From contig SVIS01000005.1 of assembly GCA_015069385.1 (NCBI GenBank), positions 627 to 64,626 on the forward strand: 64,000 bases of DNA. Reading direction: 5' to 3'. The notes below the pieces were generated by a model. The model did no database searches. It was not told the origin of the DNA and saw only the letters and a program-made list of their open reading frames with translations. The translations under genes were made by a program, and so were the position numbers. Shown in pieces: positions 32,768-42,301 of the stretch (position 1 is the stretch's first letter; each line of letters starts with the position of its first letter). This DNA is from Clostridiales bacterium (GTDB lineage Bacteria > Bacillota > Clostridia > Christensenellales > UBA1242).

Positions 32768-33109
32768 ATGAGTAATACCATACCAACATATATTTTAAAA
32801 TGCGATAAACTTGTGGCAATTTGTATGTACAAATTGAAAAAAACTTGGGTAAGTTTAGATGAAATATATACCGAATTTATAAATATAAATAAAAAACTAC
32901 ATAAAAAATATCCTGGTAGTTTTGCACTTTATTCTAATATTTACATAAAAGAAATGCTACATGATTACAACGATGTATTTGTTAAGCATGACAATATTAT
33001 TTGCCTGCACGGGAACAAAAATTTATCATATTTAGAAAAACATATTCTTTCATATATGCAATACGATTTATTAAAATTGACTTTACAAAATGAAGAATTA
33101 ACTAAATAA
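32768..33109 (+). CDS. Hypothetical protein
   Basis: 113 aa, AGGAG RBS; ends QNEELTK. Confidence 0.6.
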   Translation: MSNTIPTYILKCDKLVAICMYKLKKTWVSLDEIYTEFININKKLHKKYPGSFALYSNIYIKEMLHDYNDVFVKHDNIICLHGNKNLSYLEKHILSYMQYDLLKLTLQNEELTK

Positions 33110-33139
33110 AAAGAACTCTTAATTTAGAGTTCTTTTTAT

Positions 33140-34699
33140 TTATAGTTTTTTAAAAAGTGTTTTACCTTTTGTATAAAGAACAGCCAAAACTATTATTAAT
33201 AACAAAACATACACACCCAAAGAAATTAAAAATAAATTTATTAACGATAATGTCGAAAATAGCAAGTATATTGCAAGCGGAATTAGCGCAAGTAAAGCGC
33301 TAAAAAGCATTGTAAGGGTTACCGCCAAACTTTGCTTAATAACTTTTGTTTCGTTATCGTAATCTAAAAGTGGCAACCATAAATTTATAAGTACACCTAA
33401 AAATGCTGTAATAATAACGCATAAAGTAGGCAAAAGAAAAATAATTAAAAATTGCAATAAACTTAGTTTAAAAAATATTAAAAGTAATAATGAAGCAATA
33501 ATTACTGCCGGTTCTAAAATAACAATATGCAAACATGCTTTAGCCGAAAAAAGTTCATTATTATTTATTGGTGAACTTTTTAAAAGCCAAATATTTTTAC
33601 CCTCTAAAGATATAGTACTTGCTGAAATTACCGACATAGAAAGTGCTAAAGAAGCCGCAATTGCCAAAATTCCAGGAAAATATTCAAAAGGCATAAACAT
33701 TGTTAAAATACTAGATACTTGTTCTAAACCAACATAACAAAGAAGTACAGCGCCAACAATAACTATTAATGGGCTAATAATTGTATTAATAATATATGCC
33801 GTTGTTGTACCATAGTTAAATAATTCTTTTTTTAAAAGCATTTTAAAACTACTTTTACCACAGCCAAATTTTAAATTATTATTTTTTGCCGAGTATGAAA
33901 TAAAACTTTTACCATAATTTATAGAATAAAGTACTACACCTAAAACAAAAGGCAATACTATTAAACCAATAACTCCTAAAACATTTAAAATATTTGGTGT
34001 AAAAATAAATTGCATAAACAAATTAGTTATTGGTCTTGAAGCAAAATAAGCATCTAAATTATTCACCTCAACAATTCCATACGTAGATGTTACCATATAA
34101 AGCAACACCATAATAACTATAAATATAATTGTTATAGTAACCGATTTTAAAAGTGAAGCAATTTTTGTTCTGTTAAAAATTCTTGAAATAATAAAATCAA
34201 AAATATATGAAATTCCAACACTTAATAAAGGTAGTAAAAAAACAAGCAAAATTCCTAAAATAAGCATTGGCAAGTTTAGTCCGACTTTTATTTGATGAAT
34301 AATTAAATATGGCAAAAACATCATTACAACAAAAAACAAATCAAATATATATTTATTTAATGTTTTAGAAATAATAATATCTCGCTTTTTAATAGGCATT
34401 GATAATAAAAAGTCAGCATCATTATTTTTTGCATTTGCCGATGAACGCATTATGCCAATTATAACCAAAACAGAAAGAGTAGTTAAAAAAGCATGAAACA
34501 TGCAAACTTTTTCAAGACCTAACTCACCCAAACCATAATACATCATGTAGGCTTGATAAGAGTACAATGCCAAAATTAGTATTAACCCAATTGCCAGTAT
34601 TGCGCTTGCCACCCACATACTTTTGCGTTTTTTATTTTTTTGAAAATTACCAATAAAAATGTTGTAATTATTTTTAAATAGTATAAAAAGATTACGCAT
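33140..34699 (-). CDS. ABC-2 type transporter permease
   Basis: Multi-TM; FLLSMPI and SLEGKNIWLLKSSPI motifs; overlaps the ATPase gene. Confidence 0.88.
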   Translation of the reverse strand: MRNLFILFKNNYNIFIGNFQKNKKRKSMWVASAILAIGLILILALYSYQAYMMYYGLGELGLEKVCMFHAFLTTLSVLVIIGIMRSSANAKNNDADFLLSMPIKKRDIIISKTLNKYIFDLFFVVMMFLPYLIIHQIKVGLNLPMLILGILLVFLLPLLSVGISYIFDFIISRIFNRTKIASLLKSVTITIIFIVIMVLLYMVTSTYGIVEVNNLDAYFASRPITNLFMQFIFTPNILNVLGVIGLIVLPFVLGVVLYSINYGKSFISYSAKNNNLKFGCGKSSFKMLLKKELFNYGTTTAYIINTIISPLIVIVGAVLLCYVGLEQVSSILTMFMPFEYFPGILAIAASLALSMSVISASTISLEGKNIWLLKSSPINNNELFSAKACLHIVILEPAVIIASLLLLIFFKLSLLQFLIIFLLPTLCVIITAFLGVLINLWLPLLDYDNETKVIKQSLAVTLTMLFSALLALIPLAIYLLFSTLSLINLFLISLGVYVLLLIIVLAVLYTKGKTLFKKL

Positions 34700-35402
34700 T
34701 TTCACTCTCCAAAAAAGCATTTTCTAGAGAATTATCCTTTTTAACCTCTTGCATTGTACCACATGTTACAATTTCGCCGTCTTTAATTATTGCAACTTTA
34801 TTACACAATTTTTCAGCAACTTCTAAAACATGAGTAGAAAAGAAAATTGCACCACCCTCTGCAACAAACTCTTTCATTATATTTTTCATACTAAAACTTG
34901 CCTTAGGATCTAACCCCACAAATGGCTCGTCCATAATTAATAATTTAGGGCTATGAACAAAGGCTGCAATAAGCACAAGTTTTTGGCGCATACCGTGAGA
35001 ATAAGTTGATATAGGATTATTTAAATCATCATATAATTCAAGGGTTTTAGCATATTTTTCGGTAAGTGTTTTGCGAGTGCTTTTATCTACTTTAAAAATG
35101 TCGGCAACTAAATTAACATATTGTATACCGGTTAAACTTTGATATATATCTGGGTTATCAGGAATATATGCAATTTTTTGCTTACATTCAATTGGTTGTT
35201 GCTTTACCGAAACTCCATCTATTAAAATATCACCGCTTGTTATATCATTAATTCCCACAATGCTTTTTATTGTTGTTGTTTTACCCGCACCATTGTGTCC
35301 AATAAATGCAAATATATCGCCACTTTCAATTTTTAAATTAATATTTTTTGCGCCAAACTTTCCGTTTGGATATTTTTTTGAATAATTTATTAATTCTAAC
35401 AT
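34692..35402 (-). CDS. ABC transporter ATP-binding protein
   Basis: GHNGAGKTT, YSHGMRQK, MDEP, STH. Confidence 0.95.
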   Translation of the reverse strand: MLELINYSKKYPNGKFGAKNINLKIESGDIFAFIGHNGAGKTTTIKSIVGINDITSGDILIDGVSVKQQPIECKQKIAYIPDNPDIYQSLTGIQYVNLVADIFKVDKSTRKTLTEKYAKTLELYDDLNNPISTYSHGMRQKLVLIAAFVHSPKLLIMDEPFVGLDPKASFSMKNIMKEFVAEGGAIFFSTHVLEVAEKLCNKVAIIKDGEIVTCGTMQEVKKDNSLENAFLESENA

Positions 35403-35411
35403 AATATCTCC

Positions 35412-36032
35412 TTACTTAATTTTTGTTTTTAAATATTCTCGTAAACTATTTAGCCTGAGTTCAAATTCAAATCTTGTTAAAACTGTTTCATTAATGTTTT
35501 CATTACCCATATGATGCAATAAATATTTGTTACCGCTAGCAAGCAAAGCGTTTTGATATAAAGGGTTTTTAAGTGCTGAAACATACAATTCATCTAAAAA
35601 CAATTCATATTCTAAACTTTGTCTTTGCATGGGTTTGCCTTGCCAATATAAAATGCCGCAATTTCCCCAAAAGTTATTAAAGTTGGCCGCACGGGTATGA
35701 TATGCATCTAAGCCGCAGTAACCAAGTACCAAATTTTGAGTTTTTTTATCTTTATATTTTACCCCTTGTAAAACTCCCTCAATGCTTGCTACCCATTTGC
35801 CTTTAAATTTAAAACGCATTGGGTATAAATTAGATAGCATTCTTGCCTTGCTATTTTTAAAATTATAACCAATATTTAATATTTTTTCACTCTCGGAGTA
35901 TTTACCTGTTATATCTTCAACAAGCATGTCTTCACAATAAAGTTGTTCGCCCACATTTATTATTTTTTTATACTCAAATTTGTAATTTTTTCTAAAAGCG
36001 GTATATTCTTTTACATTAAATTTCAATCGCAT
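35412..36032 (-). CDS. Phage T4 gp30.3-like NADAR family protein
   Basis: LSNLYP..F.F.G....SIEGVLQGVK...LYWQG...AL.AS....L.H....T.LT..EF pattern, recalled as collinear with T4 gp30.3. Confidence 0.7.
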   Translation of the reverse strand: MRLKFNVKEYTAFRKNYKFEYKKIINVGEQLYCEDMLVEDITGKYSESEKILNIGYNFKNSKARMLSNLYPMRFKFKGKWVASIEGVLQGVKYKDKKTQNLVLGYCGLDAYHTRAANFNNFWGNCGILYWQGKPMQRQSLEYELFLDELYVSALKNPLYQNALLASGNKYLLHHMGNENINETVLTRFEFELRLNSLREYLKTKIK

Positions 36033-36163
36033 CTCTACCTTTTAAAACATTTTAACACTTTTTTAATTATTTGTATATTAAAAATATATTTAATTCACTA
36101 TTGCAATTATATATATTTTATGGTAAAATAAAGTCAAGATAATTAATTAGGAGGGTTTAATTT

Positions 36164-36352
36164 ATGCCATACGATTCATTAGATGGTTGGAGAAAAGAAG
36201 TTGGAATTACCACTAGCAAAGGCGAAAAGGTTCGCTATGAGGGTGGCTGCGAATATGATGCTACTGCCGCTGCAATTATGGAATATATGCGTCAAGAAGA
36301 ATTAGCAAAAAAAGCCAAAGAACAAAACAAGGAACAAGACCTTGGTAGATAA
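36164..36352 (+). CDS. Small hypothetical protein
   Basis: AGGAGG RBS, TTGCAA-N17-TAAAAT promoter; ends KEQDLGR. Confidence 0.65.
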   Translation: MPYDSLDGWRKEVGITTSKGEKVRYEGGCEYDATAAAIMEYMRQEELAKKAKEQNKEQDLGR

Positions 36353-36416
36353 ACTTTAAAAAACTATTGACAAATTTAATTAAATATTTTACTTTATAAA
36401 CAAGGAGGGTAAAATC

Positions 36417-36539
36417 ATGAAAGTTATTTCAACAAGCGTTTTAGTTAGCAGCAAAAAACTTGAAGGTATGTATAACTCAGTTTACGGCTGCCCAGACAAT
36501 TGTCTTGATGCCTGCACTTGCACAGGTAACTGCGAATAA
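36417..36539 (+). CDS. Cys-rich RiPP precursor peptide (not in ORF track)
   Basis: AAGGAGG RBS; MKVISTSVLVSSKKLEGMYNSVYGCPDNCLDACTCTGNCE (40 aa) directly upstream of two rSAM/SPASM genes. Confidence 0.85.
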   Translation: MKVISTSVLVSSKKLEGMYNSVYGCPDNCLDACTCTGNCE

Positions 36540-36551
36540 TTTTAAAAATGC

Positions 36552-36585
36552 AAAAAGCGGCTATTATTTTTTATAGCCGCTTTTT
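36552..36585 (+). terminator. Hairpin/terminator between precursor and maturases
   Basis: AAAAAGCGGCTAT-loop-ATAGCCGCTTTTT. Confidence 0.75.
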
Positions 36586-36626
36586 GTGTTTTTAAATACA
36601 AATTTTATTACACAAGGAAACAATTT

Positions 36627-37892
36627 ATGAAATATAGTAAATACAACATATTAACAAAATCTGGCAATGAATATATTTTATATAATTCTGTAACAAAAGC
36701 CAGTGTTAGTATTGATGAAGATTTTAAAAATAAATTTATAGACTCTAATAATATTGCTGCGTTAAAAAAAGAAGATTACGATTTTTTAGTAGAAAACAAT
36801 TTTATTGTAGCCGACAACAAAGATGAAACAAAAGAACTAGAATATATGTTTAACACTAATTACTTTGCCCATGACCCATTGAACATTGTTTTGGTGCCAA
36901 CACTTAAATGCAACTTTTCCTGCCCTTATTGTTTTGAAAAAGTTGTTTGTGATAAATATGATAATCCAAATTATTTTGAAAATTTAAAAGAGTACGCCAA
37001 AGCACAATTTCATCATCACTCTGTTGTACAAATAAGTTTGTTTGGCGGTGAGCCTTTAGTGTATGAAAAACAAGCACTAGAGTTTTTAGAGTTTGCAAAG
37101 CAAGATTCACTTAAGCATGGCTACGACTTAAAAGTAAGCATGGTAACAAATGGCTCGCTACTTACCGACCATAATGTTAAAAAACTTTTAGAGTATGGGT
37201 TATTTTCGCTTCAGGTAACCTTTGATGGCGGAAAAGAATCACACAATAAAACCCGTTGTTTTAAAGATGGCAGGCCTTCGTTTGACTTGCTTGTTGAAAA
37301 AGTTAAAATGGTAATTAAATATATTAAAAATGTTCCAGACTTTTTGCTTAACATCAGAATTAATTTAAACAATAATTCTAAGTCTGATTTAGAAGAAGTG
37401 TTAAATTGCTTTACAGTGGAAGAACGCTCATATATGCGCCTTTTAATTAGGGTAATATATAATACAGATAAATATAAAGGTGAAAATAACAACTCGTTAG
37501 ATGACTTAAAAACATACTATGATGTTGCGCTTTCTATGGGTGCAAATTTAGTTAAAAATTCATACTTTTATCAAACTTGCGAGGGTTGTGCGGACGCACG
37601 TTTCTTCTATTTAATGCCAGATATGACAATGTGGAAATGTATTAACGACCTTAATTTTAAAGAGGCAATCATCGGGCAAATTCAACCAGATGGCAGTGTG
37701 CAGATTAATTATAACAATATTGTTAATTGGTATAGTGCGGCTAATTGTTTTAAAGATGAAAAATGTTTGGAGTGCAAAAAATTGCCAGATTGTTTTGGTG
37801 GTTGTGTACTTCATAAACGCAAAAAGGGCAATCGCTCTTGCAAAACTTTTGATATGGCTTGCTTGCCATACTGCATGGGTAAAAACGAATGA
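36627..37892 (+). CDS. Radical SAM/SPASM peptide maturase 1
   Basis: CNFSCPYC, FGGEP, VTNG, SPASM CEGC...CLECKKLPDCFGGC; RRE-like N-terminus. Confidence 0.92.
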   Translation: MKYSKYNILTKSGNEYILYNSVTKASVSIDEDFKNKFIDSNNIAALKKEDYDFLVENNFIVADNKDETKELEYMFNTNYFAHDPLNIVLVPTLKCNFSCPYCFEKVVCDKYDNPNYFENLKEYAKAQFHHHSVVQISLFGGEPLVYEKQALEFLEFAKQDSLKHGYDLKVSMVTNGSLLTDHNVKKLLEYGLFSLQVTFDGGKESHNKTRCFKDGRPSFDLLVEKVKMVIKYIKNVPDFLLNIRINLNNNSKSDLEEVLNCFTVEERSYMRLLIRVIYNTDKYKGENNNSLDDLKTYYDVALSMGANLVKNSYFYQTCEGCADARFFYLMPDMTMWKCINDLNFKEAIIGQIQPDGSVQINYNNIVNWYSAANCFKDEKCLECKKLPDCFGGCVLHKRKKGNRSCKTFDMACLPYCMGKNE

Positions 37893-39145
37893 GAACTTCT
37901 AACTATAACCTAGTTAAAAAAATTAAAAATAAAGGGTATTTGGTTTTTAATACCCTTTTTCAAAGTTTGGTTTTTGTGAGCAAAGCCGATTACTCTGATT
38001 TTGTTAATTGTAATCAAAATAACATTAATTATGAGACATGGAAAAGCGAGCATTTAATTACAAATTTAAATGATGAATATAAGCAGACATATACAAAAAT
38101 GTATGGCAATGAAAACGACAAGCAAATTTTAACAATTTATACAACTACTGCCTGCAATGCCCGTTGTGCTTATTGTTTTGAAAAAGGTATAACTCCAATT
38201 ACTATAAAAAAAGAAGATTGTAAAAAACTTGCAAAATCAATAATAGGCAACATAAATGCAAAATGGTTACATATAACTTGGTTTGGTGGCGAACCACTAA
38301 TAAATACATATGCCATAGAAGAAATTACAAAATTAGTAAAAGAGCATTGTGAAAAAAATAATATAAAATATACAGCATCTATAATTACAAATGGCAGTTT
38401 AATAACAAAAGAAATTGCCAATAAAATGCAAAACGAATGGGAGTTTAAAGCCGTTCAAATAACACTAGATGGTTTAGAGAAAACTTATAATAAAATTAAA
38501 GGCTATGCCGATGGCAGCAACTTTAATAAAGTAATAAATAACATAAAAATATTAACAAAAATAGGTCAAAAAGTTACAATAAGAGTAAATTTTGATAAAA
38601 ATAACCTAAAAAATGCGTTAAAACTTGTTAGATTTTTAAACAAACAACAATTAACCTCTGACAAAATAAATATTTATTTTGCTCCAATTACAACAACCAA
38701 AGGTAATGACAAAACTAAAAAAGAATTAAATAAACAATATAATAAAATATTTAATAAATTAATAAAATATGGTTATTTAAAAAATTTAAATTATTTTCAT
38801 TTTCATTTAGCACGATATCATTGCCAAGCCGAACAACCAAATTGTTTTTGTTTATTTCCAAATGGAAAAACTTCTAAATGCCAACGTGAAAAACCAGAGC
38901 ACAGCAAAATATCAATTTATGATGACAACTTTTTACAAAAACTAAACTTACAATGGAACACAAACTGCAAAAATAAAAACTTTGATGAATGTAAAACTTG
39001 CAAAAGCCTTCCACATTGCCAAGGCGGTTGCAAAATAAAAAACTATGAATATTTAACAAAAAACCATTGCGATGTTTGCTATATGTACAAAGATGCTATG
39101 CCAGCCATTTTAAATGCGCTTGCAAAAATATATTTAAATGCTTAA
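37889..39145 (+). CDS. Radical SAM/SPASM peptide maturase 2
   Basis: CNARCAYC, FGGEP, ITNG, SPASM CKTCKSLPHCQGGC; ATGA overlap with maturase 1. Confidence 0.92.
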   Translation: MRTSNYNLVKKIKNKGYLVFNTLFQSLVFVSKADYSDFVNCNQNNINYETWKSEHLITNLNDEYKQTYTKMYGNENDKQILTIYTTTACNARCAYCFEKGITPITIKKEDCKKLAKSIIGNINAKWLHITWFGGEPLINTYAIEEITKLVKEHCEKNNIKYTASIITNGSLITKEIANKMQNEWEFKAVQITLDGLEKTYNKIKGYADGSNFNKVINNIKILTKIGQKVTIRVNFDKNNLKNALKLVRFLNKQQLTSDKINIYFAPITTTKGNDKTKKELNKQYNKIFNKLIKYGYLKNLNYFHFHLARYHCQAEQPNCFCLFPNGKTSKCQREKPEHSKISIYDDNFLQKLNLQWNTNCKNKNFDECKTCKSLPHCQGGCKIKNYEYLTKNHCDVCYMYKDAMPAILNALAKIYLNA

Positions 39146-40207
39146 ATTTTCAAAATATTTTTTATTATGTAAATATGCAGCGCTTTTATAATATTTACCG
39201 GCAAGGTTATTAAACTTTGCCGCTTTTTTATTATCCCCCAATAAAGAAGTTATATAACAAAGTTGCATATAAGGATAATAGTTATAATATATTGGTTCAA
39301 CAAAAGCCCCAGTGTGTGAAATGTCTTTACATTTAGTCGCACTATTATACCAATAGCATGCATTTTTATATTGTTTTTGTTGCAAAAAATAATCGCCTAA
39401 ATAACAACAAACATTTGCTCGTGGTAAATCGTATAAAAATGTTTTTGTTAAACACTCATGTTGTTTTAATGGTTTGTTTAAAATTACATAACATTTATAT
39501 AAAATTACATAACTTTCAATAATATTTTCTACCCAACCCTTGCCTTCTTTTATAAACCTATTTAAAACTTGTATACACTTTGTATATTTTTTATGGTCAA
39601 ATAGTTCACGAGCAAAATAGTATTGCTCTCTTGGGTTCAATATTCTTTCTTTTGCCAAGTTTTGATATATTTTTAAATTACGATTAGAGTCACTAGTTTT
39701 AATTTTTCTATGCTCTATTGAAATATCAATATTTTCTACTTTGCCAAAAGGGGTTATACACTCGTGCACTACGCCTTGCCAAATGCACTTATCACAATTT
39801 TTTATTATTCTTTCACGAAAATAACTAAAGGTTGATTTATTGTCACAAAAAGCAATGTCGTATTTTAACATATAAACATCTGCCGTTAAATTTGTCTTTA
39901 ACCCCATTAGTTTGTTTAAACTCTTTTTAGGAACAATATCATCGGCATCTAGCCACATAACATAAGAACAAGTTGACTTAGAAAAAGCAAAGTTTCGTGC
40001 CTTGGAAAAATCATTACACCATACAAAATCATATATTTTATTGGTGTATTTTTTGGCAATTTGCTTTGTGTTGTCAGTCGAGCCAGTGTCTACAATAATA
40101 ATTTCATCAACAAAACTTTTAACCGACTTTAAACATCGCTCTAAAACCTCTTCTTCATTTTTTACAATCATACATAAACTTACACTTACCATTTTTTCTC
40201 CAATCAT
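39134..40207 (-). CDS. GT2 glycosyltransferase with TPR domain
   Basis: SLCMIVKNEE, VDTGSTD, DFSKARN, WLDADD, VHE; TPR-like C-terminus. Confidence 0.92.
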   Translation of the reverse strand: MIGEKMVSVSLCMIVKNEEEVLERCLKSVKSFVDEIIIVDTGSTDNTKQIAKKYTNKIYDFVWCNDFSKARNFAFSKSTCSYVMWLDADDIVPKKSLNKLMGLKTNLTADVYMLKYDIAFCDNKSTFSYFRERIIKNCDKCIWQGVVHECITPFGKVENIDISIEHRKIKTSDSNRNLKIYQNLAKERILNPREQYYFARELFDHKKYTKCIQVLNRFIKEGKGWVENIIESYVILYKCYVILNKPLKQHECLTKTFLYDLPRANVCCYLGDYFLQQKQYKNACYWYNSATKCKDISHTGAFVEPIYYNYYPYMQLCYITSLLGDNKKAAKFNNLAGKYYKSAAYLHNKKYFENLSI

Positions 40208-40221
40208 TTAATACCAACAAT

Positions 40222-40249
40222 ATCATATGCTAAAAGGCATTCAGGGGTT
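40222..40249 (-). promoter_or_regulatory. Putative sigmaK promoter of GT2 gene
   Basis: AACC-N16-CATATGAT on the minus strand. Confidence 0.55.
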
Positions 40250-40312
40250 AAAAATACCAAAACTTCATATGAAATTCATATAAATATTTTAAAGTTTTTT
40301 TTAGAAAAAGTA

Positions 40313-40341
40313 TTGACAAAAAGGTTTATATATCATACTAT
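40313..40341 (+). promoter_or_regulatory. SigmaA promoter driving ncRNA pair
   Basis: TTGACA-N17-TACTAT; predicted +1 near 40348 coincides with the first base of RNA1. Confidence 0.8.
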
Positions 40342-40347
40342 ATTAAT

Positions 40348-40410
40348 GCCGAAGCGTAGAAAGTGGATACTTCGTCTGTCAAACAAAATGCCATTTTCGT
40401 TTTTCTCGGC
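40348..40410 (+). ncRNA. Putative Ro60-associated (Y-like) RNA 1
   Basis: Terminal stem GCCGA/TCGGC, inner stem GAAAGTGG/CCATTTTC, motifs AGCGTA, TACTTCGTC, TTTTCTC shared with RNA2. Confidence 0.65.
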
Positions 40411-40424
40411 AGTTTTAAAAATAA

Positions 40425-40524
40425 TTTTGAGGCAGCATAAAGAACAGTTACTTCGTCAAAGGTTTATGAATGTGTGGCAAGAAGTTCTTCTTGTCACTAA
40501 CTGTGCTTGATTTTCTCCTCAAAA
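40425..40524 (+). ncRNA. Putative Ro60-associated (Y-like) RNA 2
   Basis: Terminal stem TTTTGAGG/CCTCAAAA, inner stem ACAGTTA/TAACTGT, hairpin GTGGCAAGAA/TTCTTGTCAC, motifs AGCATA, TACTTCGTC, TTTTCTC. Confidence 0.65.
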
Positions 40525-40531
40525 ACCAAAA

Positions 40532-40567
40532 AAACTGCCCCTGAAATTTTTTAGGGGCAGTTTCTTA
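40532..40567 (+). terminator. Intrinsic terminator closing the ncRNA unit
   Basis: AAACTGCCCCT-loop-AGGGGCAGTTT followed by CTT. Confidence 0.8.
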
Positions 40568-40645
40568 TTAAAAATAACAATGTCAATTTTGTAATTATAA
40601 TAATTATATTATTGCTTAATTAATGTAAATTAGGAGGATAAACTT

Positions 40646-42301
40646 ATGTCAATATTTTCTAAAAAAGTAAGAGAAGCCGCTTTAGACAAAAAAAATAAAA
40701 AAGTCACTAATTTTATGGGTGGTAATTCTTATGAACTTTCACCAATAGAAACTTTAAAAATGGTTACAGCAAGTTCTATTTTTGGTGAACCTCAGTATTA
40801 TCGTGATGGCGAGTTTGCACCTAAAACAATGCCAGATGGAATATATAAAGTTCATGAACTTTTTAAAGACTACTCAATTTTATCTGATTCATTTGAAGGT
40901 AAAACCACAACCGAAATTATGGAAACCGTAATAGACAACGCCTTAGATTATGACTTTGGTGAAGTTTTGTCATGGGCTGTTGAGTTAAGACGTGACTATT
41001 TTATGCGATTAAACCCACAAGTAATTATGGTAAGAGCCGCTATGCATGCAAAAAAGGACGAGTTTATTAAAGAAAATCCTGGTGTTTTTGATAATATTAA
41101 TCAACTTGTTATGATGCGTGCCGATGAGCCAAATACTCAATTTACTTATTTTTTATATAAAAATAAATCTCATAAAAATATGCCAAATCTTTTAAAACGT
41201 GGTTGGGCTAAAAAAATTGCCGGGCTAACACCTTATACTTTTAATAAATATAAAAACGCTGGTCTTGGCATGAAAGATATAATTTGTGTTTGCCACCCAA
41301 AAAGTGCAGTTGTTGATGAATTTATGAAAACCGGCAAGGTAACAGTTGAAAAAGAGGATTTAACGTGGGAAGTTTTAAAATCTGATGGTAAAACATGGAA
41401 AGAAATTTTATCTTTAATAAAACTTAACCATATGGCACTGCTTAGAAATTTAAGAGGAATTTTTACAGAAATAGAAGATATTAAACTTTGTAAAGATCTT
41501 TTAACCGAGTTAAAAGATAGCGTTTTAACTGGAATGCAATTCCCTTTTAGATATTGGTCAGCACTAAAAGCTGTTAAAGCCGATGAAAACGTGCATCACA
41601 AAGGCATAATTATTGATGCCTTAGAAGAGTGCATTGAAATATCTTGCGATAATTTGCCAAAATTAAAAGGCAGAACTATGTGCTTGTCAGATAACTCAGG
41701 TAGCGCTTGGGGTCATTTTACAAGTGAGTTTGGCAGTGTTACAGTTGCGGAAATTGACAACTTAAGCGCTGCAATAATTGGTAAAAACTCTGACGAGGGC
41801 TATATTGGTAAATTTGGTGATAAATTAATTGAATATCCAGTTTCTAAAAAGAATGGAGTTTTGCTTCAAACTGAAATTTTAACTGGTACCAAATATTCTG
41901 ATGTTGGCGGAAACACTGAAAATGGCATTTGGCTTTTCTTTGATAAAGCAATTTCTAAAAAAGAGCACTGGGACAATATTTTTGTGTTCAGTGATATGCA
42001 GGCTGGTCATGGCGGTTTATATGGAATTGACCCAAATGAATATGCTAATTATATAACTAGAGATAGATTTATTGATGTAAATAAATTGGTGCAAGAGTAC
42101 AGAAATAAAGTCAATCCAAAAGTTAATGTTTTTATGGTTCAAACTGCGGGATATCCTAATGTTTTAGTACCAGAATACGGATATAGAAATAATATTTTAT
42201 ATGGCTGGACCGGTAAAGAATTACTATTTGCCGATGCTATGATTAAATTCTGGAATGAAAAAGATGAGGGCAAAAAGGAAAATGTGCCATGCTATCGTTA
42301 A
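40646..42301 (+). CDS. TROVE domain protein (Ro60/Rsr homolog) with C-terminal vWA
   Basis: N-terminal NFMGG.SY; MALLRNLR; PFRY; MIDAS DNSGS; FSDMQ; YGW. Confidence 0.9.
   Translation: MSIFSKKVREAALDKKNKKVTNFMGGNSYELSPIETLKMVTASSIFGEPQYYRDGEFAPKTMPDGIYKVHELFKDYSILSDSFEGKTTTEIMETVIDNALDYDFGEVLSWAVELRRDYFMRLNPQVIMVRAAMHAKKDEFIKENPGVFDNINQLVMMRADEPNTQFTYFLYKNKSHKNMPNLLKRGWAKKIAGLTPYTFNKYKNAGLGMKDIICVCHPKSAVVDEFMKTGKVTVEKEDLTWEVLKSDGKTWKEILSLIKLNHMALLRNLRGIFTEIEDIKLCKDLLTELKDSVLTGMQFPFRYWSALKAVKADENVHHKGIIIDALEECIEISCDNLPKLKGRTMCLSDNSGSAWGHFTSEFGSVTVAEIDNLSAAIIGKNSDEGYIGKFGDKLIEYPVSKKNGVLLQTEILTGTKYSDVGGNTENGIWLFFDKAISKKEHWDNIFVFSDMQAGHGGLYGIDPNEYANYITRDRFIDVNKLVQEYRNKVNPKVNVFMVQTAGYPNVLVPEYGYRNNILYGWTGKELLFADAMIKFWNEKDEGKKENVPCYR

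Noticed and set aside
39134-40207. GT2 as a SunS-like glycocin S-glycosyltransferase for the Cys-rich peptide
   Set aside because: It is convergent to the rSAM operon and has a sigmaK-like promoter matching the collagen gene, so spore glycosylation is more parsimonious. Not fully excluded.
40313-40510. 65-aa ORF in the track
   Set aside because: Starts at the TTG of the -35 box, has no RBS and overlies the structured RNAs; better explained as non-coding.
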